A stretch of DNA of 63,415 bases, filler included, from Stramenopiles sp. TOSAG23-6 (Eukaryota), in assembly GCA_900128565.1 (NCBI GenBank). It is 11 parts of 11 records of this genome, joined end to end, with 100 filler letters (N's around TTAATTAATTAA, not from the genome) between each part and the next. Parts side by side here need not be neighbours in the genome. Positions count along the whole stretch, not along the records: positions 62,044 to 63,415 come from LT639152.1; 10 more parts are not named here. One strand, 5' to 3'. The notes under the pieces are model-generated. The model saw only the letters and a program-made list of their open reading frames with translations, ran no database searches and was not told the origin of the DNA. A program made the position numbers and the translations under genes. Positions within the stretch are counted from its first letter, which is position 1, and every line of letters begins with the position of its first letter. Below are positions 62,353 to 63,415 of the stretch, one piece after another.

Positions 62353-63324
62353 GTTTTGGGGACTCTTAGAGATCAAGTTTGTTATCCTGAATCTACAGAA
62401 ATTGCTAGGCAAATGTCTGAAGATGAATTAAGATCTTTACTTCGTGAAGTCGATTTAGAATATATTATGAACCAAAGAACACCAAAACAAAAATCAATAA
62501 TGTATAAAAATGATGTTGATGATGAGATTGTGGATTGGGAAATGAGATTATCTATGGGAGAACAACAACGATTAGCATATGTTTTCATTATTTTTTGTTT
62601 AAATGTTTTTTTGTAGTTAATTTTGTACCTAACAAAAAAATATAAAATTTGAAAAAACATATTTTTTCACTATATACGATGGCACGTCTTTTTTATCATC
62701 ATAGTAAAAAACAAAAAACGACATTGGATGGTACCCCTAACCCTATAATACATGCGAAATTTGCAATTTTAGATGAATGTACGTCGGGGGTGAGTGCGGC
62801 AATGGAAAGACGTTTATATAATATATGTGCTAAGCGCAATATTACATGTATAACAATATCACACCGACCAGCGTTGGCCAAATTTCATGATGTTGTACTT
62901 AATATTTTAAAAGATGGAAAAGGCGGATGGACCTGGACAAAAACGAATTCGTTGAGACAAAATAATGATAACCCTAATCCTAAAGACATCAAAAGCTCTT
63001 CAATTATTGTCGAACAACCTCATTCTCAAGGAAAACATTCTCAAGGGGATGATGATACGGATAGTGCAGGTAATGCTTTAGCTGAAAGAAAATGTTTGCA
63101 AGAAAGAAGTCAAGTATACATGGATGCATGGGAAGAACGACAAAGTTCTAATGATAAAAAAAACATAGAAAATCAGAGAGGGTTTTTATACGGAAAATCT
63201 CTAACTCATGTAGGCATTACAAAGAGAATCTATGATGTATTATCAAAGTTTTGTCCGAATGGCTTTGATCTGCATGACAGTGAAGTGAGGAGAGTTTTAT
63301 TACTGATTGGTCTTGTTGTGTCAA
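62353..63324 (+). CDS. Peroxisomal ABC transporter subfamily D fragment
   Basis: VLGTLRDQVCYP, LSMGEQQRLA|MARLFYH, FAILDECTS, CITISHRPAL. Confidence 0.9.
62577..62677 (+). other. AT-AC member of the intron family
   Basis: TTA GC|ATATGTTTT...TTTTGTACCTAAC...CACTATATAC|G ATG GCA restores QQRLAMARLFYH. Confidence 0.75.
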
Positions 63325-63415
63325 GTATGTTTTAGTTTTTTTTCAATTTTGAATTTATTTTTCGTACGAAATTTTGTACCTAACGATTTTTTTTTGAAAT
63401 ATTTTCCAAAATACA

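Larger units (their letters stand above)
1..63415. mobile_element. Dispersed introner-like intron family with non-canonical ends (about 57 full or partial copies, mostly 87-130 nt)
   Basis: Shared motifs: GTAYGTTTT 5' end, TTTCGTACGAAATTTTGTACCTAAC core, GAAATATTTTTCCAAAATACAT 3' end; sense to the host gene in every case checked. Full copies on minus: 151-251, 4708-4794, 6453-6547, 7063-7165, 11322-11414, 12502-12594, 13373-13472, 13682-13776, 13915-14005, 18817-18910, 19745-19846, 19968-20064, 20391-20490, 20844-20941, 21468-21577, 17 copies in 33858-40205, 42124-42294, 42851-42954, 43131-43237, 56620-56805, 56853-56948, 57155-57310. Full copies on plus: 8389-8490, 10578-10675, 27158-27256, 27766-27859, 62247-62352, 62577-62677. 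Further partial copies lie mostly at contig ends. Confidence 0.9.

Noticed and set aside
1-63415. Alternative genetic code as the explanation for broken ORFs
   Set aside because: Intronless conserved genes read normally and end at TAA, TAG or TGA; breaks coincide with the elements.

Overview
AT-rich eukaryotic (protist-like, possibly stramenopile) DNA in the standard genetic code. The window is 11 unrelated contigs (five of about 10.8 kb, six of about 1.4 kb) joined by artificial N-TTAATTAATTAA-N spacers. Genes include TFIIH p44, a TMC-like channel, CEP19, an SR splicing factor, N-acylglucosamine 2-epimerase, bacterial-type phospholipase C, a MAP kinase, lipase maturation factor, Skp1-like and F-box/RCC1 proteins, PAN3, CCT2, Mss4-PDZ, RNase T2, a ~1860-aa coiled-coil protein, a >3500-aa Gly/Ser/Thr repeat protein, ribophorin I, dynamin, and DNAJC3-like, RRP6 and ABCD fragments. 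The dominant signal is about 57 copies (hand count) of one ~90-130 nt AT-rich element that interrupts coding sequences, always in the sense orientation. Consensus: 5'-GTA(T/C)GTTTT...TTTCGTACGAAATTTTGTACCTAAC...GAAATATTTTTCCAAAATACAT-3'. Precise removal restores reading frames and conserved motifs (MAPK HR|DLKP, PLC NYD|EGG, ABCD QRLA|MARL; 17 of 17 in one gene). Almost no copy ends in AG: they end AT, TT, GT or AC, and some start GC, GA or AT. This looks like an introner-like intron family with an AG-independent 3' splice site.
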